DNA of 64,000 nucleotides from Antedon mediterranea (lineage: Eukaryota; Animalia; Echinodermata), in assembly GCF_964355755.1 (NCBI RefSeq), contig NC_092672.1, forward strand, positions 31,874,437 through 31,938,436, in the 5' to 3' direction. A program made the position numbers and the translations under genes. Shown in pieces: positions 40,956 to 51,907 of the stretch. Under the pieces are notes generated by a model, which was not told where the DNA came from, made no database searches, and saw only the letters and a list, made by a program, of their open reading frames with translations. The first letter of the stretch is position 1. Each line of letters opens with the position of its first letter.

Positions 40956-42540
40956 TCTATATTATAAGTGAGAGAGTTTGTCTGTCTGTCTGTCTGTTTG
41001 TTTGTTTGTTTGTTCGTTATACAAATTTTTGTTACTGCACGTAATCTTACATATGGGGTATCAAAATGACCGCAATTGTACCGGGAATGTTCTAAGCTAT
41101 ATTTCAACATCATCCGCCACCTAGGATCCATGTTAGGGACCAAAATGTGGTCAAACCCCCCACTTTCGATGTTTGTTCGTTATACAAATTTCTGTTTCTG
41201 CACGTAACCATACGTATGGGGTATCAAAATGATGGCAATTGTACCCGGAAGGTTTTAAACTACATTTAAAAAAATTTCCCGACTCCTGGGGTTTTTGTGG
41301 GAGGGGTGGGGGCGGGGGGTGGTGTGGTGGTTTGTGATGTCATTTTTTGCTAGGGCTCGGGGTTGTAGGCTATCGAATTGTAAAATTATACTACAAAAGT
41401 TTTACAGTATTTTAATTATCCTCAGCAAGGCGTTTGGGGAAATATAGATATAGATATACATATTTTATTCATTAACCAATATGACACCTATTCATTTACA
41501 CATTTAGCAAAGTACTTTAACCATATCTAGCTATGTATCGGTCTCTTGGATTGTCTCATTACAGACATCCATTTCTGTCTGAACATATACACGTTCTTTA
41601 CTGTTACTGTGTTCTACTACTATATTTTAACATCATCCGCCATCTAGAATCCAAGTTAAGGGCCACAATGCATGGTCAAAATGGCCCACTTTCGATGTTT
41701 GTTCGTTTTACAAATTTCTGTTTCAAAATGATCGCAATTGTGGTTGCAAAATGTTAGGCCTAAAGTATTTTAATTATCCCTGGAAAGGGGCTGGGAGTTT
41801 TGGGTGGGGATGTAGGCCTATCACCAAGACCGAAACTGTATTGGGAATGTTTTAAACTACTTATGAAAACTGCCACTGAGGGATTATGGGTTGGGAGTGA
41901 TGGCTAACATAATTTTTATTGGAACTTTCTTAAACACGTCACCCAGTATCTGGGGTGTGTTTGAAGTGGGAGGAGGAGGACTGAAAATGCTGGCGTAATG
42001 AAGTAGCCTATATGATTGGAATTGTAACAGGAAAAGTTACTACATTTGAACTGTCCAGGGGAGGAGTTAAGGTTTGTTGATTGTGGCTGGTGGTGAGAGG
42101 AGAAAGAAGGCTGGGGGACCGCAGTATCTAAATTAGATACATGACCGAAACTGGGAATGTTTAAAACTACATTTGAAAACTGCCACTGAGGGATTATGGG
42201 TTGGAAGTGATGGCTAACATAATTTGTACTGGTGAGAGGAGAAAGAAGGCCGGGGGACCGCAGTATCAACATTATATATTTTAATTATCAGCCAATATGA
42301 CACCTACTCATTTACACAGTTTACAACGTACTTAAGCCATAGGCCTATCATAGCTATGTATGCCCTCTCAATTTGAAGCTAAAGTTTAATTGAATTTGTC
42401 CTTCACTGTAAAGAGTGTGGGGTGTTATTAAGGAGTGGAGGTTGGTGCGTATACGGAGATACTGGCGTCGGGTGTTATGTACTGAGAAGGCTTTAAACTC
42501 ATTTTGAAACCCGCCCTGGGGCGGGTATAATTGCTATAAG
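40956..42540 (+). mobile_element. Non-autonomous Helitron inserted in the minisatellite
   Basis: Inserted between A and T of GGTA|TACACC with no TSD. 5' TCTATATTATAA then (GTCT)n(GTTT)n; 3' hairpin ACCCGCCC-TG-GGGCGGGT (42509-42526) followed by CTATAAG. Confidence 0.75.
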
Positions 42541-42760
42541 TACACCATATTTGGCATACACCATTTTTGCAATATACCATATTTGGTATTAACCATATTT
42601 GGCATACACCATTTTTACAATATACCATATTTGGCATACACCATTTTTGCAACATACCATATTTGGTATACACCATATTTGCCATTATACCATATTTTGC
42701 ATATACCACCAAATATGGACCATATTTGGTATCATACACGTATTTGATATACACCATTGT
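42541..42760. repeat. Minisatellite, right part
   Basis: Same unit as 40655-40955. Confidence 0.85.
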
Positions 42761-42769
42761 TGTTATTTA

Positions 42770-43220
42770 CTTATTATTATTATTATTTATTTCCTTTATT
42801 GCATCAAGTAAGCAGTGATGAAGTTGACATAAATATAATAGTAAATATGTAAACACATTGTATAACACAGTCCAAACAAGTAATACTAAAATATATCATA
42901 GTCCACAAATCAGTCTTTCAATGGCCATCATAGTACATCCAGTAACACAAACCAATAGAGGTTCACAATTTGCTTATCATAACTCAGTTACTGATCATTC
43001 ACCAATCATTGAAAACTCCGTGGAAAGTAATGAAGTTTTTTGTGCGTTGTGTCCGGACTTTGGGGAGGGTGAACGATCTAACGCGTCGGAGCTGATGGTT
43101 GTGTGTGGGAGGTTTAGGTAAGAGAGAGTGTAATATATGATCTTCTTTTTTCATTTTATCAAAGAATTTTCTTGACAACTTCTCGCGGCGTTCAGATAGA
43201 GTGATGATGTTAAGGTATCT
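42770..43220 (-). mobile_element. LINE 3' fragment (L2/CR1-group-like) with a (TAA)n tail
   Basis: Minus-strand translation YLNIITLSERREKLSRKFFDKMKKEDHILHSLLPKPPTHNHQLRRVRSFTLPKVRTQRTKNFITF...W-stop resembles LINE ORF2 C-termini; (TAA)n at about 42790-42770. Confidence 0.7.
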
Positions 43221-43332
43221 GCGGGTATCAGCATACGAGGTACCATCGGGGCATATTATGTTACACGCTCTTCTTACTTATTTGATAATAAATAGTATCT
43301 ATTCATAATAAAAACAACAATTGCTGACTTAC

Positions 43333-43361
43333 TCTTCTACTTGACAGACTACCATTAGACT
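43333..43361 (-). CDS. CLCN2: ClC-2-like microexon (29 bp, inter-CBS linker)
   Basis: CAG / GTAAGT flanks; phase 1 in, phase 0 out; (E)SNGSLSSRR. Confidence 0.6.
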
Positions 43362-43701
43362 CTGTTAAATAAATAAAATCAGTTAAATTTACTTCAGAAT
43401 GAACTGTGTTCTGCATTATAACAATGTGATTATTGAATGTTTCTAAAAACAGTCACATATAGTTTGATAGTGTAGAGAAGAGTTCTATAATAAATGGAGA
43501 ATTCTATTGTATGCATAAGTTTGGAATAGGTTTTTCTATTAAATTATGAAATACAGCGCATTTGTTTGGGCTCTTTTGCTTTTTGTATGGATATATGTTT
43601 TCAGAAATAAACGGGACTAAACTTTTTTTTTGCAAGACCAGGAATATGGTATTATTAAGGCTACATGGTGTGCTAGTATATTTTTTACTTTGTGTACGTA
43701 C

Positions 43702-43747
43702 CATCTCTTACAGGAATGGTTAAGTTCGGTTCATTTCCATCATTTGA
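43702..43747 (-). CDS. CLCN2: ClC-2-like microexon (46 bp, inter-CBS linker)
   Basis: TTTCTTTTCAG / GTACGT flanks; SNDGNEPNLTIPVRD; phase 0 in, phase 1 out, restoring frame together with the 29-bp exon. Confidence 0.6.
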
Positions 43748-44461
43748 CTGAAAAGAAATAAAAATAAATTCTTCCAAAATAGTTTTCCATTCCAGGTATA
43801 AGTTGATTAAAAATGCATTTGTTGTGGAGGAACTTAAAGTGTTGAAGCTAGTTCCACCAGGAAAAATAAGAGAAAATTTATATATTTATTATAAATAGTA
43901 TTGCAAGAAAAGACATACAAATAATTATTAATTAATAATAATAATTAATAATTTTGCTAGTAATTAATTAATCCACGAAAAACAGTATGCAAACATTTAC
44001 AATAGTGAGATTGCAACCTCTTTTTACTTCTTATTTTGGTAGGATAGGGTTGACAGATATCTTTTTCACTCAAATTCCTGTGAATTCTGTTCCGGCAAGC
44101 TCTCATAATAATGGGAGTATCAAAGTGCTGGAGAACGGAGCTGTGTAAATGGTTCCTCTGCTTGTTCTTTTTTTGGTTATTTTAGGATATTTTATGGATC
44201 ATTTTTGTGTGTGAAGCGCTTTAGAAACATTGTATTATGCGCTATATCAGACTACCATTATTTTTATATGTAAATCAATTGTGTTGCGTAGCACTGTGTA
44301 AATTATATATACTGTAAGTCATACTGTAAATTATAGAAACAGTGCTTATATTCGGAACATGATCTCATAATCGCGTTATTATTATACTGTTTCATGCCCC
44401 TGTCTTAACCCACGGCCACACGACTTGCCACTGATAATGTTTTTATCACAAAACAACTTAC

Positions 44462-44646
44462 ATGGTACGCAACAATCGTGAATCTGCTTGCTGGCGTTAT
44501 TGTCTGTACTGGTAGACGACCGGAGTCGACCGCAGCTTTTTCCCGTTTGTCTTTTTTGTATTGAATTCTTGCGTGGCGACCGAGATGCTTGTCAATAAGA
44601 TCTTCAAGTTCTTCTCGCTGCACTGATCCTAACAATATCATTGATT
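44462..44646 (-). CDS. CLCN2: ClC-2-like exon (end of CBS1)
   Basis: (E)SMILLGSVQREELEDLIDKHLG...SRFTIVAYH; CAG / GTAAGT flanks. Confidence 0.9.
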
Positions 44647-44734
44647 CTGTAGAATAAGTGAAATACAATATTTGATCAACGTCTGATTACTGATTGGCTA
44701 TAATCTTGAAACTGCAATTCAATTCAATTCAATA

Positions 44735-45030
44735 AAGTGAGTGGCCAAGCGGTAAAAGCAGTGGGACATTTAATTAAGTAACCATACCATCGGCAAGGGT
44801 TTAAGGTTCAGTCGCTACATGGTTCTGGTGGTAGAACGGGTTTTCTCGGATAATTAGGACTATAAACCTTAGTATAGGTCCAATGTACACATCTAGCTCA
44901 TGTGCACTTTACCTAGTACATGTTTCAAGATGAGTAGGGGGTTACCCCGGTGTACTAGTACACATACAACAGCCACTGTCAATCAGCCACTGGGAGACTA
45001 GTCTTTGTCACCCAGTGTAAATAAAAAAAT
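44735..45030 (+). mobile_element. Older, diverged copy of the Deu-like SINE
   Basis: GTGAGTGGCCAAGCGGT...GGACTATAAACC...GAGTAGGGGGTTACCCCGGTGT...CCCAGTGTAAATAAAA. Confidence 0.75.
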
Positions 45031-45244
45031 AAGTTAGGTAATGGACGTACTATTAGAGTTACTGACCAGGAGATATAAGAGAGTTGTAACTCGGATATTA
45101 TTTGATAAGCTTGAGTTTTATGTACTACATAAAAACCCCTACTAAGGGGGACACCCTACTAAGGGGGACACCCTACTAAGGGGGACACCCTAATTAATAA
45201 TTAAGTGTTCCCTTAATAGGGGTGTCTACTCAATGGTGGTTGAA

Positions 45245-45419
45245 TTGAATTGAAATATATATTTATACTGGGTAACCTCTTCAGTCAAAGACTGGTCTCC
45301 CAGAGGGCCCAGTTGGTGATCAGTGGCTGTGACTGTACTAATACACCGGGGTAACCCCCTACTCGTCTCGAAAGATGTACTAGGTTCTTTAAAGTGCACA
45401 CGAGCTAGATGTGTACACT

Positions 45420-45453
<34 letters not shown>

Positions 45454-45557
45454 TCGTTCTACCACCAGAACCATGGAGTGAGTGAGCCTCGAACCCATGC
45501 CGATGTTATGGCTACGTAATTGCGGTTCCACTGTCTTAACCGCTCGGCCACTCACCC
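45245..45557 (-). mobile_element. Deu-like tRNA SINE with a (TTCAA)n tail, inserted in a Tc1/pogo-like MITE relic
   Basis: Nearly identical to 22792-23123. Confidence 0.8.
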
Positions 45558-45752
45558 ACTGGTTGGCAATATATATATTTCCCTTCGTTTGTTTCATAGC
45601 CCCTTAAATTAGGGTGTCCCCAGAATAGTGTTATCACAAATCATGTGTTCTACTGTAGTAACTGATTTACGGTATTACTCTTTATGATCAAATTACACCA
45701 GGAAATAAATATTTCATTACAAAAAGATGTGTATAATTTGGTGAATATTTAC

Positions 45753-45886
45753 CTGGAGCATCAACCAATGGGAATGAATTTAGGCTTGACTGTTCCAGAA
45801 GGTCACGCAACTCCTCATAATGTGATAACCATGATATAAACTTGACACCACGCACCATTATATCTTCTACATATATATTATGAATT
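45753..45886 (-). CDS. CLCN2: ClC-2-like exon (CBS1)
   Basis: IHNIYVEDIMVRGVKFISW...LNSFPLVDAP; TAG / GT flanks; phase 2 in, phase 1 out. Confidence 0.92.
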
Positions 45887-46233
45887 CTAAAAAATAAAAT
45901 AAAAAGTTCTGTATATTATAAAGTATAGTCGCATGGAGTAGAATTACACTTGATTTACTAAAGTTTGAATATCCTATATTAGGATTACTCTGTCATATAT
46001 ACTATATATTCTAAAAAAAAACACTGTATAGTCCCAGTAGGTGGGATTATACTTCTTTATAATTTCTTTAACAATGAGATTTACAAGTCTTGTGTTGGAA
46101 TTTATCCTAAATTAGAAGGTGGGATTATATTACATTTAATATACTTGCTCGTATAGTATTTATCCATTACAGTAAAAGAAAAAATCAACAATGTATATTA
46201 TTGAGTATAGTCTCCGAAGATGGGATATACTTG

Positions 46234-46295
46234 AATTGCATTAACAATGGGATTTACCAAAGTATACTTTGGTAAATCCCATTGTTAATGCAATT
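46234..46295. repeat. Perfect 62-bp palindrome in a ClC intron
   Basis: AATTGCATTAACAATGGGATTTACCAAAGTA|TACTTTGGTAAATCCCATTGTTAATGCAATT. Confidence 0.9.
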
Positions 46296-46398
46296 TATGC
46301 TTGAATTTAGCCAAAAAGGGGGTGAGATTACACTCGATCATAGGATTAACTTATTAAATGCCATAAATTTGATTTCTCAAAACAATTATTATTCGTAC

Positions 46399-46514
46399 CT
46401 AGGTCCAGAGCTACTGATATCAGGTAAGTATGGAAGACGTTTAATTTGAATAATACTATCATATATGGAAGGCTGAAGAAGCTGGGATATTGCGTTGGCT
46501 ATTAATACAGCAAT
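46399..46514 (-). CDS. CLCN2: ClC-2-like exon (helices Q-R)
   Basis: [33 protein letters not shown], including the conserved helix-R Tyr; phase 0 in, phase 2 out. Confidence 0.95.
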
Positions 46515-46984
46515 CTGAAAGACGAAAAATGAAATAATGTTTTGATTGTAAAAAGAATAATTGATGATTAAATAAAAAGATAAATAATTTTTTCTTGTTT
46601 TTATTAATCTTATTTAGAGAGGGAATCCCAGGTCAGTGATATCACTGCTTTCCACTGGGGCCCTCTAGAATATATATCGTTACCCTGGTCGTTTTTGGAA
46701 GAAGCACATATGGAAACATATAGGGCTATGAATAATCCAACTAGCCAACAAGACATTTTTTTGGTAAATTATTAACTAATTCTACAAAAAAAAAACCAGC
46801 AAATTAACTAGTTTTTAAAATTTCAAATAGTAATTTATATCACAAATCTACAAGAAAATTGCTAGTTTATTTTGGTGAATTTTAAGCCCTGCACTCATAA
46901 AATTAATCATATATATTATATTGTACACAAAAGTTGGAAATAAAATAAATTATAAGCACAATAAGGTATAAAAAAATACTTTAC

Positions 46985-47082
46985 CATAACAGGAAGAATA
47001 TGCGTTATTTGCCCCGTAAGTTCAAAAACAATAACAGACGTTGAGATAGTATGTGTAACACTACCAGACAATGCTGCCGCAC
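46985..47082 (-). CDS. CLCN2: ClC-2-like exon (helices O-P); more 5' exons not seen in the window
   Basis: [33 protein letters not shown], a ClC-1/2 signature; CAG / GTAAAG flanks. Confidence 0.95.
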
Positions 47083-47187
47083 CTGATAAAATAATTATAA
47101 AGAGTATAAATTGGTACTCCAATTGATTTTAGAGCTACAGTAATAGTTGTTTATGAAATGAACATAATGGGATTCCTTTCAAAATAG

Positions 47188-47259
47188 TAATATCTATAAA
47201 AAAAGATAGTAGCTGTGACAGAATATGGAGGAAACAGAGTCAAAATACATAATTATTGA
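47188..47259 (+). pseudogene. Decayed C-terminal end of an older NHL paralog (repeated at about 52310-52380 and 59858-59929)
   Basis: Reads ...IVAVTEYGGNRVKIHNY-stop, compared with RVAVANWGSNNVKVYNY-stop in the intact TRIM. Confidence 0.6.
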
Positions 47260-47814
47260 TAATGTATACTTGGTAAAATCAATGCTCATTATTCAGAATT
47301 TTAGCTTATATATTGTAACTTTTATATTTAGTTTCTTATAAATTAAAATATACTAAAATTAAAAACTATATTTTTTAGGTAGTTTGTGAATAAAGAATAT
47401 ATCATGTGATGTAATAGGTTTAATGATTTGTTATTGAAAATGTAAACATCTGTAAGACTATACACTTGGATACAGTTTTGGCAAGGAGTTATATTATTAA
47501 TATGGGAAATAACAGCTGTTATTAAATCAGTATTTTATCACCTATTTGATAATGGTTTCACACACTCCCATTGAACCCACCAATCAGACAAGGCAGCAAT
47601 GTGTATCAGTAGATTTTAGACTGAAAATAATCGCTGAATCCTTTCTTTTTATAGAATATTTGAAACTTGAACAATAAATGTAAGTAAATTTTGTATTAAA
47701 AAGGTGTTTATAAAATTATTTCCTGGGTTTGTAGTAATCAAACTTGACACAAATAAGCACTTAATATACAAATAAACCTTCTTCTATAAATACAACATAA
47801 CTATCCTTGCATTA

Positions 47815-47890
47815 GCCAATCAGCAGCAGCTACTGAATATTTTGGAAAGTCCAACAAACTATTTTTAGAATTTGATATTACTTCCTAGTT
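47815..47890 (+). promoter_or_regulatory. Candidate TRIM promoter: CCAAT box, NF-kB-like site, ETS-like core; conserved in all three copies
   Basis: AGCCAATCAG at 47815, GGAAAGTCCA at 47844-47853, ACTTCC near 47880. A GTAAGT donor follows at 47979, and an acceptor lies directly before the ATG at 48153. Confidence 0.4.
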
Positions 47891-48152
47891 TTCTGTGCCC
47901 AGATTAGCTCAAATTTTACAATACTGGAACGTCTAGCTGCTTTTGTCACCTTTGTTTCTTATAACTCATTTAATCATAGTAAGTATTATTATTATTAACT
48001 GTAAACATTTTTTTTATAATCGAAATAATCTGTACACTAATCCTTGCGCAATTTTAAATTGCACAAATTGTTTAATATATGCGCATAACATAATATTAAG
48101 ATATTTAATAGATAGCTTTATTTATAGACTTAGATGTTTCATTTTCTTACAG

Positions 48153-50318
48153 ATGTCGGAACAAAAAGCATTACAATTCTTAGACAAGAATGATCTTGAA
48201 TGTGCAATCTGTCTAGAAAGACTGACAGAACCAAAAACACTTGAGTGTCTCCATAGTTACTGTCTTCATTGCCTGCAGAGTTTGATTAAAACAAGCGGCA
48301 AAATAAAATGTCCAAAATGTTGTAAGATGTACGATGACCTAAATCAATTTGATTTAAAAGATCTTACTACCAATGAAATGTTAAGTTATCAAATTAAATT
48401 TGTTGGGAATATTGAATCTGAAAAACCACCAAAGTGCTCAAGCTGTGATAACCAACCTGAATACTACTGCTCTGAATGTCAAATGTATCTATGTGGACAA
48501 TGTATTAAACATCATAAAATCATTCCTGTATTGAAAAACCACCCATTGTACACACTGGACAAAATTCAAGGAGAAGGTAAAGATCTGCCACATAAATGCA
48601 TATATCACAGGGACTGCATGCTTGAATTTTATTGCAGAATTTGTCTTAAAAGTGGATGTAAGAAATGTGAACATGTTCTACGCTGTTATCAAAATGAACA
48701 TAATGTGATTCCATTCGAGATGGCTGTAGACGAGTTTAATCAAAATGCTACAGAAGTTAAAAAAAGTGCGGAAGAAATTAAAGAAAAACTTAAAAGAACA
48801 AGGGAAAGCTTCATGAAAGAAAGATCCGACTTTGAATTAAAATTAAAATTATGCAGAACAGCGATTGAATTACAAGAAGAAAACATTATTAAAAAGGCTC
48901 AGGAGAAAACAAGAGCAATGTTGATGGACCTTGACAAAATTGACAAAGAAAACAAAGAGCTTATTGATAATAGAGTTAAAAATATTGACTCAAAGCTGTT
49001 GAAAGTTAATGAGATGTTGCCATTAATTAACACAATGATGAACAAACCAGAAGAAAGAGAAACACTTAGATCTCATGAGGAAAATATTGATGCTGTTAAA
49101 GAAGAAACCCAGGAATCAAAGTATGATGAATCAATCAAGATAAAAGCTCCTACTTTTATTCCATCTAAAAATTTGGATAAGTTAATAGATTTGGAAGGCA
49201 TTGGTAAAATGTCAAATGTTGAATGTGCATATCAGGTTGCTGAAGATAAAGTACCTATTATAGTCACAAAAGGACAGCCATTTGAAGTGAAAGTTGTGTC
49301 AAGTTCAGTAGAAAGTGAGGAATCTATATTGGCTGCAACTTTAATTAATAAATCAGGTGAAGAATCAGCAACTGAAGTGAAATATCAAGGAAGTGGAGAG
49401 TACAGAATAACAGGAAGATGTCATAAAAAAGGAGATTGGAAGATGAAGATTACTGCTAGAAGAGAAGAAATCAAAGGATCACCAGTGTATATCAAGGTGG
49501 AAGCGCTAGGACTTGTGCATACCATTGATAACATAGGAACGCTTATTAATGTACACACCGTGTTTCAAAAAGTATATGATGTAATATTAGATAAAGAAGG
49601 AAATTTAATTGTATCTAGTTTTAGTAAAGACTTATTGAAGTTCAACCAAGAATGTTCATTCATTGGTAGAATAGAGATACCAGACAATGTACAGGTTGAT
49701 CGTATACATCAAATGAGTAATGGCCAAATGGTGTATAGTGATTACCTAAACAAAACTGTTGTCAAGTGTGATGATAAATTTCAACAAATTCGTACATTTG
49801 GTAAAGGAACATTAAAACAACCAGGTGGATTGACAGTGAATAAGGAAACTAGAACCATGTATGTTGCAGATTTCAGTTGTCATTGTGTGTTTAAATTTAA
49901 TGTTGATAGTGGTAAACTTATTGGTAGATTTGGTTCAAAAGGTAGCAAAGAAGGAGAAATGTATTGCCCAGATGGACTTGCTCTGACAAAGGAGGGCAAC
50001 CTGATTGTTGTAGAACGTGAAAATTACAGAATACAAATGTTTGATGCAAATGATAAGTTTATGAAAATTCTTGTAGGCAAAGGTGAGGAAGATGGTCATG
50101 TTCAATGTCCTCATTATGTAGCTATAGATTCTGAGGAAAACCTCTTGATATCAAGTAATAACAAACTTCAATTATTTGATCAAAATGGAGTTTTTTTCAA
50201 ACGAATAGATGATGGTGGATTAGATGGACCTTATGGAATTGCAATAATCTCTAAGAAACCAAGAAGGGTAGCTGTAGCAAACTGGGGATCAAACAATGTA
50301 AAAGTATATAATTATTAA
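48153..50318 (+). CDS. TRIM-NHL E3 ubiquitin ligase copy 1 (RING, B-box x2, coiled coil, filamin, NHL; TRIM2/3/71-like), 721 aa, single coding exon
   Basis: RING CAIC...CLHSYCLHC...CPKC; B-boxes; filamin 'GSGEYRIT...IKGSP'; NHL repeats 'PGGLTVN...YVAD' and 'PDGLALT...IVVE..NYRIQMFD'. The ATG follows a TTTTCTTACAG acceptor, so the ORF-track N-terminal extension is intronic. Confidence 0.93.
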   Translation: MSEQKALQFLDKNDLECAICLERLTEPKTLECLHSYCLHCLQSLIKTSGKIKCPKCCKMYDDLNQFDLKDLTTNEMLSYQIKFVGNIESEKPPKCSSCDNQPEYYCSECQMYLCGQCIKHHKIIPVLKNHPLYTLDKIQGEGKDLPHKCIYHRDCMLEFYCRICLKSGCKKCEHVLRCYQNEHNVIPFEMAVDEFNQNATEVKKSAEEIKEKLKRTRESFMKERSDFELKLKLCRTAIELQEENIIKKAQEKTRAMLMDLDKIDKENKELIDNRVKNIDSKLLKVNEMLPLINTMMNKPEERETLRSHEENIDAVKEETQESKYDESIKIKAPTFIPSKNLDKLIDLEGIGKMSNVECAYQVAEDKVPIIVTKGQPFEVKVVSSSVESEESILAATLINKSGEESATEVKYQGSGEYRITGRCHKKGDWKMKITARREEIKGSPVYIKVEALGLVHTIDNIGTLINVHTVFQKVYDVILDKEGNLIVSSFSKDLLKFNQECSFIGRIEIPDNVQVDRIHQMSNGQMVYSDYLNKTVVKCDDKFQQIRTFGKGTLKQPGGLTVNKETRTMYVADFSCHCVFKFNVDSGKLIGRFGSKGSKEGEMYCPDGLALTKEGNLIVVERENYRIQMFDANDKFMKILVGKGEEDGHVQCPHYVAIDSEENLLISSNNKLQLFDQNGVFFKRIDDGGLDGPYGIAIISKKPRRVAVANWGSNNVKVYNY

Positions 50319-50736
50319 ATAGCACATTTTATATACTTGATCAAACTACCAGAAAAACAAACAATTTCTATATGCACACTGAATACCACTGATGATGAAC
50401 AACAAACCTGTGTTGTTTGAGAATAATTAGTAATTTACTTAAATTTGTTAATAATGTAAAACTTATGAAATCAACATTTCTTAGATATGAACAAGATGTA
50501 ATAACAATTATTATACAGTAGTATCAAGTAAATAATAAAAGTTACTAAAATGTAACCAAGCATATTTGTTATTATTTAATTTTGTACATTCAACAAAAAG
50601 AAAGTTATTTTGAATGAGATCAAAATATGTAAAGTAAATATTAAGGCCTGACCACCTGATCAATTGTTTTGAAAGCCTGGGAATCAACTGCGCATTACAT
50701 GAAGATTATAAAACAAAGTTATTATTTTAAAAATAT

Positions 50737-51133
50737 TATAGTGATTTATTAAACAAAACTGTTTCCGTGACAAAAAATTGCATAATAAAACATCCTGGAG
50801 GCTTGACAGTAAATAAGAAAACTAAAACCATGGTATGTGGCAAACAGAGAAGCTCACTGATAATGGATACTTTCTTGGTTAAATTGGTGAAGAGGGTAGC
50901 AAAGAGGGTCAAATGAGGTGACCAAGCGATGCTGCTCTCACAAAGAAACGGAACCTGATTGTTGTAGATCAATTGAATAACAGAATACAACTGTTTGATC
51001 CAAATCCACATAGAGCAGGGTGGAATAGATGGTTATGTCACTCTCAGAATATAGCCATAGATTATGATGAGAACATACTGATATCAAGTAGACACAAACT
51101 ACAGCAATTTGATAACAATGGTGTTTTTATAAA
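50737..51133 (+). pseudogene. Degenerate NHL-repeat remnant downstream of TRIM copy 1, interrupted by a Helentron-like element and resuming at about 52272
   Basis: YSDLLNKTV, KHPGGLTVNKKTKTM, NNRIQLFD and IAIDYDENILISSRHKLQQFDNNGVF align to the TRIM NHL region, with deletions and frameshifts. Confidence 0.8.
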
Positions 51134-51546
51134 CAAGCACGAATGTGCAATACTCGGGGTACAGCGAAAGTAGCTGTTATGACGTCATAAGACCGGATGT
51201 AACGTCACATACACATCAATAACCGCGCTACCAAATACGGCTATACGGTACCATCTTTGAGACGTGATATGGCTGCATCCGGTTTGAAATTAAAAATCCG
51301 GCTCTATAGCTTTGAGGACATGTCCCTGTAGTATATTCATGCTAAATCTGAGCTCAATACTACCACGAATAAGGGAGGAGTAGTACTTTATAAATCGCAC
51401 TTTTTGCTCAATAGTGTCCAGATGGAAGAAGAAGAGGAAAAGATTAGAGAGTCCTAGACTCAGGTACCCCGAGTAATAAAACGAGATATATATACTCTAT
51501 ATCATATTACGTATACAGTATATTTCACCATAAAGTTTAAGCAAAA

Positions 51547-51622
51547 TGGTCTCGCCATGAGGGCTCGAACCGGGGACCTTCTGCGCGTTAAGCAGACTTG
51601 ATAACCACTACACTACGAAACC
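51547..51622 (-). tRNA. tRNA-Val(AAC)-like, probably a pseudogene (disrupted 3' T-stem)
   Basis: GGTTTCGTAGTGTAGTGGTTATCAAGTCTGCTTAACGCGCAGAAGGTCCCCGGTTCGAGCCCTCATGGCGAGACCA followed by TTTT. Confidence 0.65.
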
Positions 51623-51835
51623 TCTTGCACCAAAAATGTGGGTTACACAAAGTTTTTTAATCCATTTAAATTACAAATAAATTATTATGGTAATAAGCAC
51701 AAAGCAAGATAAACATGTGTAAAAGTGATAATTACCGATTACACAAAATAAATATTTTAAAAAATAATAAAAATAAGATATACTGTATATCATATTGCGT
51801 ATACAGTACTTTTCACCATAAAGTTAAAAAAAAAA

Positions 51836-51907
51836 GGTTTCGCCCGGGCTCGAACCGGGGACCTTCTGCGTGTTAAACAGACGTGATAACCACTACGCCA
51901 AGAAGCC
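51836..51907 (-). tRNA. tRNA-Val(AAC)-like gene with two acceptor-stem mismatches and an oligo-T terminator
   Basis: GGCTTCTTGGCGTAGTGGTTATCACGTCTGTTTAACACGCAGAAGGTCCCCGGTTCGAGCCCGGGCGAAACC followed by a run of about ten T. Confidence 0.7.

Noticed and set aside
40484-42818. Overlapping repetitive ORFs (YTIFGIHH / MVYAKYG types)
   Set aside because: Artefacts of a stop-poor minisatellite that is open in several frames on both strands.
47943-48152. 70-aa hydrophobic N-terminal extension of TRIM copy 1 (signal-peptide-like)
   Set aside because: It spans a GTAAGT...TTACAG intron, is out of frame in copy 2 and is interrupted by a LINE in copy 3; the real start is the ATG at 48153.
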